A DNA stretch of 64,000 nt, taken from Eledone cirrhosa (Eukaryota). The position numbers were made by a program, and so were the translations under genes. The notes below the pieces were generated by a model, which had not been told where the DNA came from, made no database searches, and saw nothing but the letters and a program-made list of their open reading frames with translations. How positions within the stretch are numbered: the first letter of the stretch is position 1; every line of letters begins with the position of its first letter. Location: positions 1,550,001 through 1,614,000 of the forward strand of contig OZ024743.1 in NCBI GenBank assembly GCA_964016885.1, written 5' to 3'. Positions 1-14,335 of the stretch are shown here, piece by piece.

Positions 1-31
1 TATATATATATGTATATATATATATATATAG

Positions 32-62
<31 letters not shown>

Positions 63-172
63 GGTGTCTATGTGTGAATATATGTCTTTATTCGTATGTG
101 TGTATTTATGTATGTATATGTTTATGTGTATGTATGTATGTGTATGTATGTATGTATATATATGTATATATG

Positions 173-219
<47 letters not shown>

Positions 220-497
220 CTTTATTATTATTGTAATATAACTTATGTGTATATGTGTATAAGTGAGGTTGTGTATGTATATATACTATGTGTATATATA
301 AGAGTAATGAAATATATATATATATATATATATGTGCATGTCTGTTTTTTATGTGTGTGTATATATATATATGTATGTGTGTATGTGTATATATATATAT
401 GTATACGTGTGTGTATGTGGATATATATATATATATATATACATGTGGGTGTTTGTATGTGTATTTATGGTGGTATGAGTGTGTGGATATATATGTT

Positions 498-528
<31 letters not shown>

Positions 529-535
529 GAGTCTA

Positions 536-588
<53 letters not shown>

Positions 589-928
589 GTATGTGTATGT
601 ATATGTGTGTGTATGTATATATATGTGTGTGTATGTATGTGTGTATATATATATATCTCTATTAATGCGTGTGTGTATGTATATACATATGCGTTTTTTT
701 ATTATTATTTTCATTTGTATGTCTGAGTTTGGTGAGGTGGTATTGTTTTTTATGTGTATACACATATATGTAAGCGTATGTATTTATTTGTATGAGTATA
801 AGTAGGTGCATATGTATGTATGATTATATATCTAATTCTATGTATGAAGGTACATCTATATATATGTATATATATATATATGCGTGTGTATGTAAGTTGT
901 GTGTGTATGTATCTTTATGTCTATGTGA

Positions 929-975
<47 letters not shown>

Positions 976-1069
976 TGCGTATATGTATGTACATGTATAT
1001 ACATGTATGTGTGTATGTATGTGTATGTATATTTAGATGTATGGGTATGTATGTGTATATATATGTATG

Positions 1070-1120
<51 letters not shown>

Positions 1121-1380
1121 ATATATATATATATGGATATATATCTTTATTATCTATTTTTTATATATATGTGTATGTGTGTATGTGTTGCGCGTGTGTG
1201 TGTGTGTGTGTATATATATCTTTTTATATGTGTATGTGTATGTTCGTGTAAGTGTATGTGTGTGTATGACTGTATACGTATGTGTGTATGTGTGTATGCG
1301 TAAATATCTCTATGTGCGCGTACATGTATGTATGTGTATGTATATCTGTATGTGTATGTACATTATATTATATTTATTAT
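1..1380. repeat. Compound (TA)n/(TG)n/(TATG)n low-complexity microsatellite tract
   Basis: Almost pure TA/TG/TATG mosaic; the YIYI/VCVC ORFs here are artefacts. Confidence 0.95.
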
Positions 1381-2145
1381 ATTTTATTGTTTTTATTTTT
1401 TTATTTTTCTTAATTTATAGATACATTTATATTAGGCAGTCTGCTCTGACAATCTAATACTGACCCCTCCCCCCCCTCCCACCTAATTTCTGTATCTTGA
1501 TCTTGAAATGTGTGTGCCAGTGTTTTATGTGAGTGACTTAATTTCTATTTGCTTATGATTTTATATCCACATATATAAATGTGAGTGGGGGAGTGTGTGT
1601 GTTTGTATGTTCGTGGTTATGTGTATATTTATGCATATACGCGCATGTATGTGTGATTATACTGATATGTGTGAGTATGAAAAAAATATATTTATATGCT
1701 TGACTCCATAAGTATCATTGCGCATCTTATCAGCGCATTAAGCTTACAGAGATATTAACCTTGAAATTTTGTGTTTGCATCCATCTTTTTAGTATGCACA
1801 TACAAATTATACACACATTATTGTAAAATATGTGTAAGGATTTTACATGTATATACACACACCAAACTGCTTTTTAACCCTTTGTGTTTTCATTGGTCAA
1901 TTTTGAACTGATATTTTGAATTGTTGTTATTATCAATAAATATACTTCATTATTTCTGAAGACGGCGTATATATGTGTTAGGTATGTATATTTAATCTTG
2001 ATAATTTGTATAATTTTGTATAATTTTGTACATAGATCTGTTGAATATGCATACCAATTATAACACATATATACCCTAGAAACGATCGTTAAATAGTGAA
2101 CTTTTTTTGTTTAATATAAGGAATTGTTTGTTCATTATTTGTTTA

Positions 2146-2214
<69 letters not shown>

Positions 2215-2689
2215 AGATAAATCAAACCTACTATATTAAATCTTTGTTGGTTTTATTCAATGAACAAATATAATTATTTCTGAGGTCAGCATATGACCTA
2301 TTCTCATCCCTAAAATAATCTTTCATTCATAATATTCTTTCCATCCAAAACTGAAATCTACCTTCCTCTACCCATAAATTAAGGTTCTTTTACTACTATA
2401 TTACTATCTTGACCTTCACTATCTTTCTATTGGTCAATTCAAAACCTGTTCCCAAACAGACCTATTGTATTAAATCTTTGTTGTTTTTTTCAATAAACAA
2501 ATATCATTATTTCTGAAGACAGCATATATATGTGTAGGTATGTATACTCCCTCTGATAGTTTGTAAAAATTTTACATAGATCTATAGGATATGCATACCA
2601 ACACTAACATATATATCCTAGAAACGATTGTAAAATGATGAATTTTTTAATATAAGGAACTGTTTCTTTGTTTATTCATTATTTTATTA

Positions 2690-2750
<61 letters not shown>

Positions 2751-3077
2751 TGTGTGTGTGTGTGTGTGTGTGTATGTGTGTGTGTGTATATATATACAGA
2801 GAGAGGCGGATGAAATTGATATCACGTTATAAGGGGTTTCCGAATACTCTACTATAGTGTATACTCTACTATATATTTCAACAATATTCTGCTTTCACAC
2901 AGGTCGTCGAATGCAGAGCTGTAAAATATAATAATTATTCAGTAAATGCATACAGTCCGCTGTCATATATTACCAGCAGGACATTATACTGGTGGTTACA
3001 GATGTTGTTATCATATAGCTGAAAATAAACACTAACATTACAATCAGAAACATTAACAACAACAAAAAAATACTTAC

Positions 3078-3325
3078 CAAGATTTTATTCCCTGGCAACA
3101 AGCGGATTGTTATTCCAGTAAGTTTCACATCAACTAAACGTGTGTACGATACACGATTATTTCCTCGGTGCTCATTCTTTACCTCAACAGAAAAATAGGT
3201 AATATTTGATCCGTTCTTAATAGTAGCCAGTGTGTATTTACATGTTCCCATGAAATGTATCATTTGCCCATCAAATGTTCTGTAATGGGGATCACCAGAA
3301 GCTTTACATATACATAGCTGCAGCG
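3078..3325 (-). CDS. Gene B exon 7: N-terminal part of a VWD (von Willebrand factor type D) domain, FCGBP/zonadhesin-like; gene continues off the left edge
   Basis: cttctttgtccag acceptor, gtaagt donor, 248 nt, phase 1-0; translates SLQLCICKASGDPHYRTFDGQMIHFMGTCKYTL...VEVKNEHRGNNRVSY, with the GDPHYxTFDG signature. Confidence 0.93.
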
Positions 3326-4312
3326 CTGGACAAAGAAGTCGAGAATATTAATAGTAGATTTTAACATACGCTTATAGCCATGCATTTTGAGGAAGAGAGC
3401 ATTCTATGAACTATGAGTGAAAATTGTAAATACACAACATTAATAGAAACAGGGATTTACTACAAACAATTGATAAGCAGATAAGGGAAATATCAAGGCT
3501 CAAATTACAATATGAAATACATATTTACGTATTTATGTGTGCGTGTGTGTGTGTTTGTGGGTGGCAGATATAAATATGCTTGAGTGGTTAAGGAGTTCGC
3601 TTCATAACTAATTGTTTTGGGGTTCAGTCGCTCTGCGTGGCACCTTGGAAAAGTGACTTATAATATAGCCTCGAGTTGAGCAACGCTTTGTAACTGAAAT
3701 TTGGTAGAGAAATACTGGTGAGACCTGTCATGTGTGTGTGTATATATGTATATATATATATATATGTATACACACACATTCGGTATACAAGGATGCAATT
3801 TACTTCTAACACTCAACGTCATATTACTTCCTAAAAACAAGGATGACGGTGTATAATAATAAAGAGGAAAATGCGAACTTGAAGATGTCCTTTATTAATT
3901 GTGCCTTTATACATATTTCAATGACGATAGATATCGCGATTTCTTCAGACATCAAAAATTGATTAAAAGTTTACATTTCCGAAGCAATTTTGTGTGGAAG
4001 GGAGCCGACTAACAAAATGTGTATCTTTTTGCTTAGGGTGTGCGCTCCCTTCTAATTTTCAGAACATCGCGTCAACCCTGCGTAGTCATAAGGGTGTGGG
4101 TGGCTGACCACTCAACTACAACCGAGAATACCACCAACCTTATTTGATCTCTCTGTCTACCAGTCCCCTATCACCTCGTCCGACAACTCGATATAGTCAG
4201 TGGGGTAGCTGGGGTTTTAACCCTGCGATGGACTCTCAGTCGCTTCACGGCATGAAACCAGGATAAGCACTGGCCAAATGAGCCTTCTGGCTTAAGACAA
4301 ACTTTAGACCTT

Positions 4313-4389
<77 letters not shown>

Positions 4390-5411
4390 TATTGAAGTTT
4401 GCTTGAAGCATTGTGGAACAATAAGTAAATATTTATAAGTCGTTTGGAAGCCTCGACAATGCAAATGGGTAAATCTCCGGGTAACAAGGTCCGGTGGTGG
4501 AGAGAGATATGTAAGTGGGTGTACGTTGAGATGCGTGGTGTGTATAAGATGTGTGAGATGTGTAGAATAGAAGGGAAGAGTAAAAGAATAAAAATAATAA
4601 TAACAACACAAGAGAGAGTTACCTTGGGAGAGATTTAATAGTCCCTATATATTTCGGATTCACATCCTTCAACTGGGGTTTTTTCCGGGGTGGGGGAAAA
4701 GGTTGTCTGTCGGACAACTCGGAACGCGTCTTTCGCTGTTTGTTGATTTGAATATCTGAGGTATTCGGCCGAGCGCGTGTGCGCGTGAAATGGGGTCGGT
4801 CGGACAGAGGTCAGCGGCCGAATGAGGGAGTTGGATGGCGCTAGCTGTCAGTCCATTCTCTGCCTGTTTGTTAAATGTTACTGTGTGTGTTCAATATATA
4901 TATATATATATATTGTTTCTGTTTTTTTGTTTTTTTGTTTTTTTGTGAATGTGTCTGTTGATTTTTGGCATGTAGTTGATTAGTTTAAGAGAAGTTCGAA
5001 GATAATAGTAAGATATGCACTCAGTATTTTGAATCTGTCTGCAGAATTCTCTAGACCTTTGTCACTTAGTAGAACCTTAATGACTTTAGCTTTTAAAGAA
5101 TCTCCCTTTTCTTTAATTCTATCGACCATGACTGACCCACCACTGACTTTATAGACATCTGTTAGCTTAAGAGAAACTTATTGACAAGGAATGGTATGCC
5201 ATCCGGAACCTGTTTATAGAATTCTGTCTGCCTTTGTTACTCTAAAAACATAAATAAATATAAATAAAAATAAAAATAAACTATAGCTTTGTAGAATTAG
5301 CTTTTAATGAATTCCCTTTTCTATCAACCAATGACCTGCACCCATCCCACTCCCCACCCTCTCCTACCACTTGTAGAGACCTATAAATACCATATTTATT
5401 TTTTGATACCC

Positions 5412-5462
5412 AGATTCCTGATGATTTCTAATGAATGAAACAGTTCTAGTCCTGTAGAATCT
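5412..5462 (+). ncRNA. Type I hammerhead ribozyme motif (Penelope-like repeat)
   Basis: agattc-CTGATGA-tttctaatgaat-GAAA-cag(ttctagtc)ctg-TA-gaatct: core plus stems I and III and a short stem II. Confidence 0.7.
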
Positions 5463-5463
5463 C

Positions 5464-5633
<170 letters not shown>

Positions 5634-5989
5634 AAAGGATAACAAGGACGATTGGTTACTCCTTCATTACTTTTATTGGTAGGTGACGAGCGTTTCGCCA
5701 CTGATCAGCTCAAGGTTCGATCTGTATCGATCTTACCCGACTCAATAATCGGCATCTCGACGGACCCTTTAAAATTGTTTAAGAAAATGAATACATGCTA
5801 TGTGATAAAGTCAGAAGTTCATAATTTGTACAATATGAGTTATTTTGATTGGTGGAAACTTTCAATATATTACACTCTGTATAGCTCTACACCTCAACAC
5901 AGAAGTGAACCTAAACATCAAGTGCTCACCCGGGAGAACCTGCAGTAACTCCAAGTTACACTCCCTATATATATATTATTGTTTTGCTG

Positions 5990-6340
5990 TATCCGTAGAG
6001 CGTCGGACAATATGCTTTGCGGCATAGAGTTTCGAGCCTTTACGCTCTGAGTTTAGCTTTGGCTTTTATCTTTTCGGGGTCAACAAAAATAAAGTACCAG
6101 TATTGCACTGGTGTGGATTTAATTGACTTTCCCCTCCCTCACAAAAATTGTGCCTAAATATTATATTAAGTTCATATTAAGTTCGTGGCAAAAGGGCGGT
6201 GAATTGGCAGCATAGAGTTATAGCCCGTTACGTTCTAGGTTCAAACCTCGCCGAGGTTAACTTTGCGGCGTCGATAAAATAAAGTACCATTAATGCACTG
6301 GGATAATTGCTGGCCCTGTGCCAAAAGTAGAAACAATTAT
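5990..6340 (+). mobile_element. Two tandem tRNA-derived SINE copies (Nin/Deu-like core)
   Basis: Match the window's SINE consensus (gagttcaa B box, gtcgataaaataaagtaccag core, aaagtagaaacaattat tail). Confidence 0.8.
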
Positions 6341-6362
6341 ATATATTTATACTAATACTTAC

Positions 6363-6929
6363 ATTTGCATGCTTTAGTTGAAAATATCGATGTTATACTT
6401 TGTAACGCATCAAAACTATTGACTGAAAACACGTGTTTAGAGCTAGGCTCACTGCCAATCGTTTTAAGTTCATTGGTTGAAATCTTCTTTCCAACTCCAA
6501 TTGCGAATATAGCAGTTCCAAACTTTCTTAGGTTTTTAGCTGCCTTTGCCGTCAGGGGGTGGTTATTAGAGTTTCCATCAGTGATGACAACTGCAATATT
6601 CGATACATCTTTTCTGCCACCAGCCGCTACACTGAAAGATGAATGTCTCAGGTAATTTAAAGCGGCATAGGTGAATGTATGTCCTCCTGTGTGACGAATT
6701 CTATCAATCGCTGAATGTAAATCAAGAATATTTCTGTATTTATTCATATTAAATTGATTCTTTACACCTGTACTAAATGTAATTATACCAACTTGAACAG
6801 CATTTGATGATATTGGAAAAGCTGATATAAGCTTCTTAACAAAATGCTTCATCAATAGAAAATTACTGGCAGAAATACTCCCAGAATCATCCAACACAAA
6901 CATTATATCAGCCACCGCATTTCCACATT
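6363..6929 (-). CDS. Gene B exon 6: complete vWA domain with intact MIDAS
   Basis: ttttcag acceptor, gtaagt donor, 567 nt, phase 1-1; ADIMFVLDDSGSI...GHTFT...VVITDG...FAIGVG. Confidence 0.96.
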
Positions 6930-7829
6930 CTGAAAATAAAATAAAATAAAAATGTAATACGTAATATATCATCTCTTCATTGCATAAATTCTAAGAATAT
7001 GCGTTGGACAAGCGTCGGTTCCGACAAGGAGTGTTCCAGTTGTTCGAACAACTGTACAGTAAATCACCCTATTTATATTTGTATATTTACCCTATTTACA
7101 TATGTGAGGTATGGTTTCTGTCGTGTTACTGATACCATGTAGCCTAGTACAATCTGTTCCTGGTCGAGTGTTGCGTGACTAAACTGGCTCCTCAACTAAA
7201 CCCTGGTCTGGCGAGAAATGGAACCCTAGCCATAAAAAAATTACAAAAGCTGTTAAAATGTTGGATGAACTCTTCAGAGTCAACAGCCGTCCTCCCCAGC
7301 TATGGGTTAAATAGCCTTACTAACCCGCATTGGCCAAGCGTGGTGAGTTGGGCTAAAGAAATTATCATAATAAAGTATTGATTTGTTAAACTTCATGATA
7401 ATTACATTATAATCAGTAATTAGAATAAAATCAGTAAGGAATTCTTAAGATTTCTTAAGAAGGGAATCAGTACTAGACGGACTGAACTGTATTACATTGA
7501 AGAGCGTATTGTTTGCTTTACAGAAACACTTCATTACAGTTATACAATTATTTGATAATTAAAGATATAATTTGATATTTCAAGGAAATATTTTACCGGC
7601 TCTATCGTCTCATATTTTGAGTGTTTATGTTATTTACAAAAAGTATATGATTGATTTATATGTGTGTGTGTGGAGGAGGGGGGGGGGGGGGCAATATTCT
7701 TGATCTGAAATTGTGTGTTGAAACAGGTATATTTGGAGATGGTCATGTTGCCAGTTTTGCCAATGAAAGCACACGGACTATTTGTCATTCACTTCAGTTG
7801 TATTATTATTATTAGTTATTATTAGTTAT

Positions 7830-8022
7830 TGGGCGGTGAATTGGCAGTATCGGTAGAGGGTTGGACACCATGCTTTCCAGCATAGTTACGTCCCTTTACG
7901 ATCTGAGTTCAATTCCCGCTGAGGTTAACTTTGCCTTTCATCCTTACGGGGTCGATAAAATAAAGCACCAGTAATGTACTGGGATAATTGCTGGCCTTGT
8001 GTCAAAAAGTAGAAACAATTAT
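7830..8022 (+). mobile_element. Full-length tRNA-derived SINE with target-site duplication
   Basis: A box TGGCAGTATCGG, B box GAGTTCAATTCC, Nin-like core; attattagttatt on both flanks. Confidence 0.88.
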
Positions 8023-8088
8023 TAGTTATTGGTTATTTTGTCAAAGCTCTTTCGTCACACATTCTGTGACTTCCTAAAAAAAACTCAC

Positions 8089-8103
8089 CTTTATTTTCTG
8101 TAT
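8089..8103 (-). CDS. Gene B exon 5: 15-nt microexon (DTENK linker)
   Basis: Long pyrimidine tract tttcttcttttgtttcgtttcag, gtgagt donor, phase 1-1, in frame between the WSC and vWA exons. Confidence 0.72.
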
Positions 8104-8164
8104 CTGAAACGAAACAAAAGAAGAAATATTAAAAAGTTATAAAACACGCACATCTATGTGTTTA

Positions 8165-8502
8165 TACAGGCATACATAACTGATTTATTAGTCTGAATCC
8201 GGTGACCATTCGAGTATTTCTGCACCTACAAACCTAATGAGTCCTACTCTGATTGTCTCTCTAGCCTCTGACCTGTGAATGCATTATACCTGTGACCACA
8301 AAACACTACCGAGCTTGATTATCGCATTAGTGTGTGTCGAGCAACGAAAGAGGCACACATAGAGTATCTATGATATCAACCAGGACCACATGAAACATTG
8401 TCAGTTTATGCAACTGTAGCCACCAATATTGTAAGAATATTCATTTAAGTTTTCATATTATAAGTATTTGAAATCAAGGAGTGTTTTTGTGGTCACCCTG
8501 TA
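8165..8502 (+). mobile_element. Tc1/mariner-type DNA transposon remnant
   Basis: Encodes DYRISVCRATKEAHIEYL (resembles a transposase C-terminus) and ends in TIR-like ggtcaccctg-TA. Confidence 0.5.
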
Positions 8503-8590
8503 TATAGGAAAAAAAGCATAGACACATACATATACTTTCATCTGAATATATATATATTCAGATGAACGTATAAGTATGGACACGCGCACT

Positions 8591-8622
<32 letters not shown>

Positions 8623-8629
8623 AACACAA

Positions 8630-8664
<35 letters not shown>

Positions 8665-9763
8665 CGAAACATAAGTCAATTGCATGAACTCGTAATCCTT
8701 TATTTACTGCTATATATATTTCGATGATAGCCATTGAATGGCTATGACCTCATCATATATATATATAGTATTAGAAGAAAATCATTGTTACAGCAATCAC
8801 ATCTCTCCCTCGTTAAACACTTTAATGGCAGTGCAGTTTGGGGCATTAAGATAGTATGGCACCTGTGGTGCCAGTTTTCGCTACAGACCGTACGTGAGAT
8901 GCAAGTGTAATGCATGTCACATGCGAGGAAAACAAACAAAGAACAGGAAAATTTACGGTCTTGTAGCAAATAGGAAGATATGTAAAACATTATGAAAGAC
9001 AGTGCATGTATGTGTACTTGCCCAGAAGCAGGGAGAAGACTTTTGTCGATGAGAAGAAAAAAGCATGACAGTCGCTAACTAGAGATCCATGCGAAAAGAC
9101 CAAATGATTGACACCGCGGTCGGGGGTGGCTGTCAGGTGAGAACGCGATCAATGTTTTCCTCTGTGATACACTGTGATTATGCGATCGAACAGGAAGCCA
9201 CCGATACAGAATATGAGACACGGATCAAACCCACAGGCTAGATGTTTCGCTAGGTTATTTGTTTACAAAATATAGTCGAAACGGATATCAGGGATATCCC
9301 CACGGCTTCCAGCGTAGATCTGGCTTCACCAAAGCCGTATCCATTAAGGAAGAAGAGGATTGCAAGACGCTGGAGAAGTTTGTTGTTAATGGCTCTTTCC
9401 ACCACTCTGAGATATTGGACGTTAGTACTATACACTCAGTAGAGTCAATGGTTATCCCCCTTGGTAATGAAATAGAGTACAGTGGGTTTCCAACTTGAGG
9501 AATTAGTGTCTCTGAAATCTGAAGCGTACGTTGAGTTAAAAACTAATTGTTTCTAATTTAGACCTGGAAACAATATATATGACAGCAGTCGGGGCTGTTA
9601 CAACTTTGATAAGTTTAATTAATGGTTTTAGTTGATATTAAACAAAAGCTTTGCTTTGTAAAGAACATGTGGTGCATGACTTATCTGTTTAAAATAATAG
9701 AAACAACAATATTTTAAATACGTGAAGGAATTTTTAGAAAACTTTATTGGAATCTTAACTTAC

Positions 9764-9887
9764 CTATTTTGTAAACACTATTCGACAGCCATCCTCCACA
9801 TATCTGCGTTGATTTACATTTCATAGCACAATTATTCGAGTGGCCATATTTGTTATATTTGTCACCACAGAAACATTGTTTCCCAAA
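9764..9887 (-). CDS. Gene B exon 4: WSC domain, second half
   Basis: ttcag/gtaagt, 124 nt, phase 0-1; FGKQCFCGDKYNKYGHSNNCAMKCKSTQICGGWLSNSVYKI. Confidence 0.92.
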
Positions 9888-10876
9888 CTGAATACAACAG
9901 CAAAATACATAATATAATATAAAGAAAAATAACTAATTCTTTAATTACACGAAACACTAACTATGTAGGACATTCACACACATTTAAACACACAACACAC
10001 ACACACGTGCATATATATATGTGTGAACAAGTGTACAGACAAAAAAGAGGACACGTAGTGTACAGCATATATTTGTAGGTTACTGGTTCATTCCTGATAG
10101 TTTTTTTTAGAAACGTAGGAACGTGACTAATTCTTCCAATGCAGCGTACAATCAAGCCTTAATTATGTTTAAAGGTGGTACATTACCGGTCGCTGATAAG
10201 CAGGGCTTCCGTTAATGTCAGGTTAAGGAATGGAACGGGAGGATGAATTCTACGTTGCCATCTACGAGATTTTGGTAAATGCACGAAAATCAATGACCAG
10301 GATTAACTTTGGTTAGTAACAGAGATAACTTCTTGGTTCTTTTAAATAGAGATTTTTTTGCTATTTCTGGTAGATTAACAAACTAGATAGAGGTGCCATG
10401 ATTTTGGTATAGTCAATCAACTTTGACATAAAGATTCATTTATGCCGAGCAATATTTGTTTTATTGTTGTACAATAATTCCAGGCTTGGCAGTGTGTTTA
10501 AGGAGTTCGCTTCATAACTACTTGGTTTCAAATGTAGACCCACTGTGTGACTGGCACATTGGTCAAATGTCTCCTACTATTTATAATCTGGGGTTACTAG
10601 AGTTGGCCAATGCTAGGGTTGATCAATGACATTTCGTATAGGGAAATTGCAGACCTTCATATCTATATTTTATACAAATCTAAATTGTTTCTTTTTTCAC
10701 CATTCTTACTGCTGTATCAAAACTGGAGTACTAAATATCGAAGTCAAATACAGCTGGATTTTGGCTCAGAACTTAAAAGGATGTAACTAAATTCCATAAG
10801 TTTTCTTACCCGGCGCTCTGGCACTTCTGCCACATTTCAACCACACATAATATAGATATATAGATATTGTATTTAC

Positions 10877-11004
10877 CTGTAGCCCTGCGTAACTCTCTTT
10901 CTTCGTTCTACAAACATCTATGCAATACTCAATTGAAGGTACTACCCTAGCAGCAAGGTGCATAGTTCTAAAGATGAACATATCCTTAAAACACCCAACG
11001 TATT
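10877..11004 (-). CDS. Gene B exon 3: WSC domain, first half
   Basis: tttcag/gtaaat, 128 nt, phase 1-0; QYVGCFKD...IEYCIDVCRTKKESYAGLQ. Confidence 0.92.
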
Positions 11005-11896
11005 CTGAAATTAAATTTAAAAACAAAACAATAAAAGATAAATAATTTAACGTTACTTTGAAAGTAATAAACATCAATATTGATAGTTATGATTTTCAAA
11101 TGGCTAGCATTTGTTGTTAGTTTAATAATAGATATTACTCGGCGTATGTCGAAAGCAGTAGATCTACGGTCAAAGGTTTTTCATCTATAACCATGCTTTC
11201 TTTTCATGGATATTTAGAATGAAATTATGCAAAGAATCCTTATCCAATATCTCTTTTTCTAATGGGATATGGTCCAATGTTAGAATAGCTACAATTTCTA
11301 GCAAGTCAAGCGATTGGGTAGTACCCCCTTGTTCATGGGTGAATCAGTTATGAGCAGGGCAAAATATAACCAGGAAGGCGGAGGTGTCATAACAAATGTG
11401 CTAAATGACGGAAACTCCATGTAATTGCAACCTTAAGTAAATTGTGCGAACCTAAATAAAAGAATAAGCAAAAGAGAAAGCTTCTACGTAATCGCTCGAC
11501 CTTCTAGAAAGAGCATTCAAATCTTCCTCAAATTATGCAGAGCCACTAGATAATACCTGACAAATTGGAGGATCATGGCTGGAATGGTTTTACTCATAGT
11601 TCACAACAATCGAGTCTTGATTCCACAAGGGGAAAGACATATATCTCTTAAATCAAGTCCTACTATCTTACTCTAAAAAGGAAATCTTCATTATGGGTTT
11701 ACTTAAGTAGAGATGACCAAAGAATAAATAAGAACAACAATAAAAACTCCTACTGACGCTACTGCTACTGATACCAGTGCCTTCGATGTTTATCGCAACG
11801 ATATGCTCCTCTTTACACTTCACTGATTTGCTATTTGTTCCTCTTTCTATTGTGAGTTGAAATCCCGGCGTGTTCGATATATATATATGTTTATAC

Positions 11897-12048
<152 letters not shown>

Positions 12049-12103
12049 GTATATTATACATATTGTACATTATACATATATAATTGTACATTATACATAT
12101 ATC

Positions 12104-12153
<50 letters not shown>

Positions 12154-12157
<4 letters not shown>

Positions 12158-12548
12158 GGTGTGGGATGCTTAAAGCGTCCGTATGCGGTAGGCCGTTTGA
12201 GCACTCGATGCTCTTACAGACCATAGTATAATATCACATAAGAAACAGAGAATCAGTGGTGCGACGAATTAAAATTTATTAGACATATTACAATGGTAAT
12301 CGATTTGGAAATTCTGCTTCGAAAAATCGAGACGTACCTGAGGATCTTGCGATTTCAGAGTCAGGTTCGATCATCGCATCGATCATGCCTCGAGCTGGTG
12401 GTCAGAGAAACGATTGTAATATGTCTAATAAATTTTAATTCGTCGCACCACTGATTCTCCGTTTCTTATGTGATATTATACTCTGTAAGAGCATCGAGTG
12501 CTCAAACGGCATACCGCATACGGACGCTTTAAGCATCCCACACCAATT
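12154..12548. repeat. Foldback element: ~140-bp inverted arms around a ~120-bp spacer, embedded in (TA)n
   Basis: 12154-12294 is a near-perfect reverse complement of 12413-12548. Confidence 0.92.
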
Positions 12549-12765
12549 ATATATATATAATGTATGTATGTATATTATATATATATATATAATGTATTAT
12601 GTGTGTGATTGTGTTCATATTCACTGTTTACTTATGTCTTGTAATGGTTCAACAGACAGAAGTCTATAAAATAAGACAACAGCACATATTGAGATCCATT
12701 TGATTGAATGAACACTTTCATGTCTAATGACTAAAACCAGTAAAATAATAAAAGATTATACTTAC

Positions 12766-12804
12766 GTGCACCTTCGCTGGATGGTAGGATTATCAAATGG
12801 AGAG
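12766..12804 (-). CDS. Gene B exon 2: signal peptide, C-terminal part
   Basis: ttgtag/gtaagt, 39 nt, phase 1-1; ALHLIILPSSEGA. Confidence 0.8.
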
Positions 12805-12935
12805 CTACAATTAACAAATCAATGTGTTAGAGTACATAAATACGATTTAATTATTTTCAATGAGGAAAAAACTCTAAACTCTAAAGAGAGTACTACAAAG
12901 TGATTTACATTAGAAAAATTGACATTAGGTCTTAC

Positions 12936-12966
12936 CAATCATTCCGAATAGTTTGAATGTCTCCAT
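12936..12966 (-). CDS. Gene B first coding exon: signal peptide start METFKLFGMI
   Basis: caacATGG context and gtaaga donor; joins exon 2 to give METFKLFGMIALHLIILPSSEGA; an upstream tttatag acceptor (12979-12980) implies a further 5' exon. Confidence 0.75.
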
Positions 12967-14129
12967 GTTGGTGTTATTCTATAAATGTCAGAAAAATGGT
13001 GGAAGGTCTCCTAAATACCTGTATATATATGTTCGAGTGTGTTCAAAAACTTATATACTTATATGTATACTTGTAATGTTTGCCTTGTGTATGTATATAA
13101 ATATATACATATATTATACATATATACTGCAAACATACATACACCCATGCACATACTCACACACACACAACACACACACAACACACACACACATATGTAT
13201 GTATGTGTATATACAAATATATATAACATATAAAATATACATATATACGTATACTATATGCATATAAAAGTAAAATATATATATAGAAGTAAAATATAAT
13301 AAGGTGTGCCCGAACAATTTTATTTTAATTTTTAAAAAAAGGATATAGATCGCATGAGTTTTCTTTTTCAAAATCACGTTTTAAACCTTGTAAATATTTA
13401 TTCCTACTCTTATTAAAATGATCATCAATATCTTAATCCTATGTTCAATAATTGTGTTGTAATCGAAGCACATTTAGACAGTCCTAACTAATCGATTTAC
13501 ACTTTGCAACATCTGCTACCATTTCTTCTAAGCACGTTCATAATAAATCATTAAAATTTGTCACCATAAAACTGACAATATTCTTTTATTTTGCTTGTAT
13601 TCGTGCAGTGTTAAGGAAAAACAAAATATTGTATATTTGATCAGTGGGATATTTGAAAAAGCTGTGATATTGAAACATAAGCTAATATCTATATGAAACA
13701 TTTTAAATACTTCATTCCACAAGCACTTCACCACACTACACAAATATTCTACATTCTTAGTTTGTAATATTATATGATATAGTGCAATTGATTGCAGAAT
13801 CGGTACAGAGGATCTCCCAAACTATTTCGTTTTTTATGTTATGTTCAGCTTGTTATGTAATTTCATGACAATGTTGGCTAGAATTGAATTCCAAGTTGTT
13901 CAGTTCAGTGGATAAAGTATTGGGAAATATATTTTGTATGGGATTTAGGAAGAGAAATACAGCAGAGATGATGACAAGATAAAAGACATATATCAAAGAA
14001 GTACACAACTTGCTAATTAGAGGACCAGAAATCGTTTCACTAGCTCTAGAAATCTGGAAATACTGAAAGATGAAACAGTGACCTGATATTGATTGAAATC
14101 AAATACTTGAAGGATTGTAGATGATAATG

Positions 14130-14335
14130 GTTCCTGATTTAGGCACAAGGCCAACAACTTGGGGGAGGGAAGTCGATTAATTCGACCTCAGTGTATTACT
14201 GGTACTTTATTGATCCCTAAGGATGAAAGGCAACGTTAACCTTGGCGGGATTTGAACTCAGAACGTAAATGGGTGTAACTATACGTCGCAAAGCATGTTG
14301 TCCGACGCTCTACCGATACTGACAATCCCCCGCTA
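14130..14335 (-). mobile_element. tRNA-derived SINE
   Basis: Reverse complement of the window's SINE consensus. Confidence 0.8.

Noticed and set aside
64-1457. YIYI/VCVC-rich ORFs here and elsewhere in the window
   Set aside because: Dinucleotide microsatellite translation artefacts
8770-9520. GC-richer island with short ORFs, possibly an exon or LINE relic
   Set aside because: No convincing splice pair or recognisable motif; probably an old TE fragment, but not classifiable
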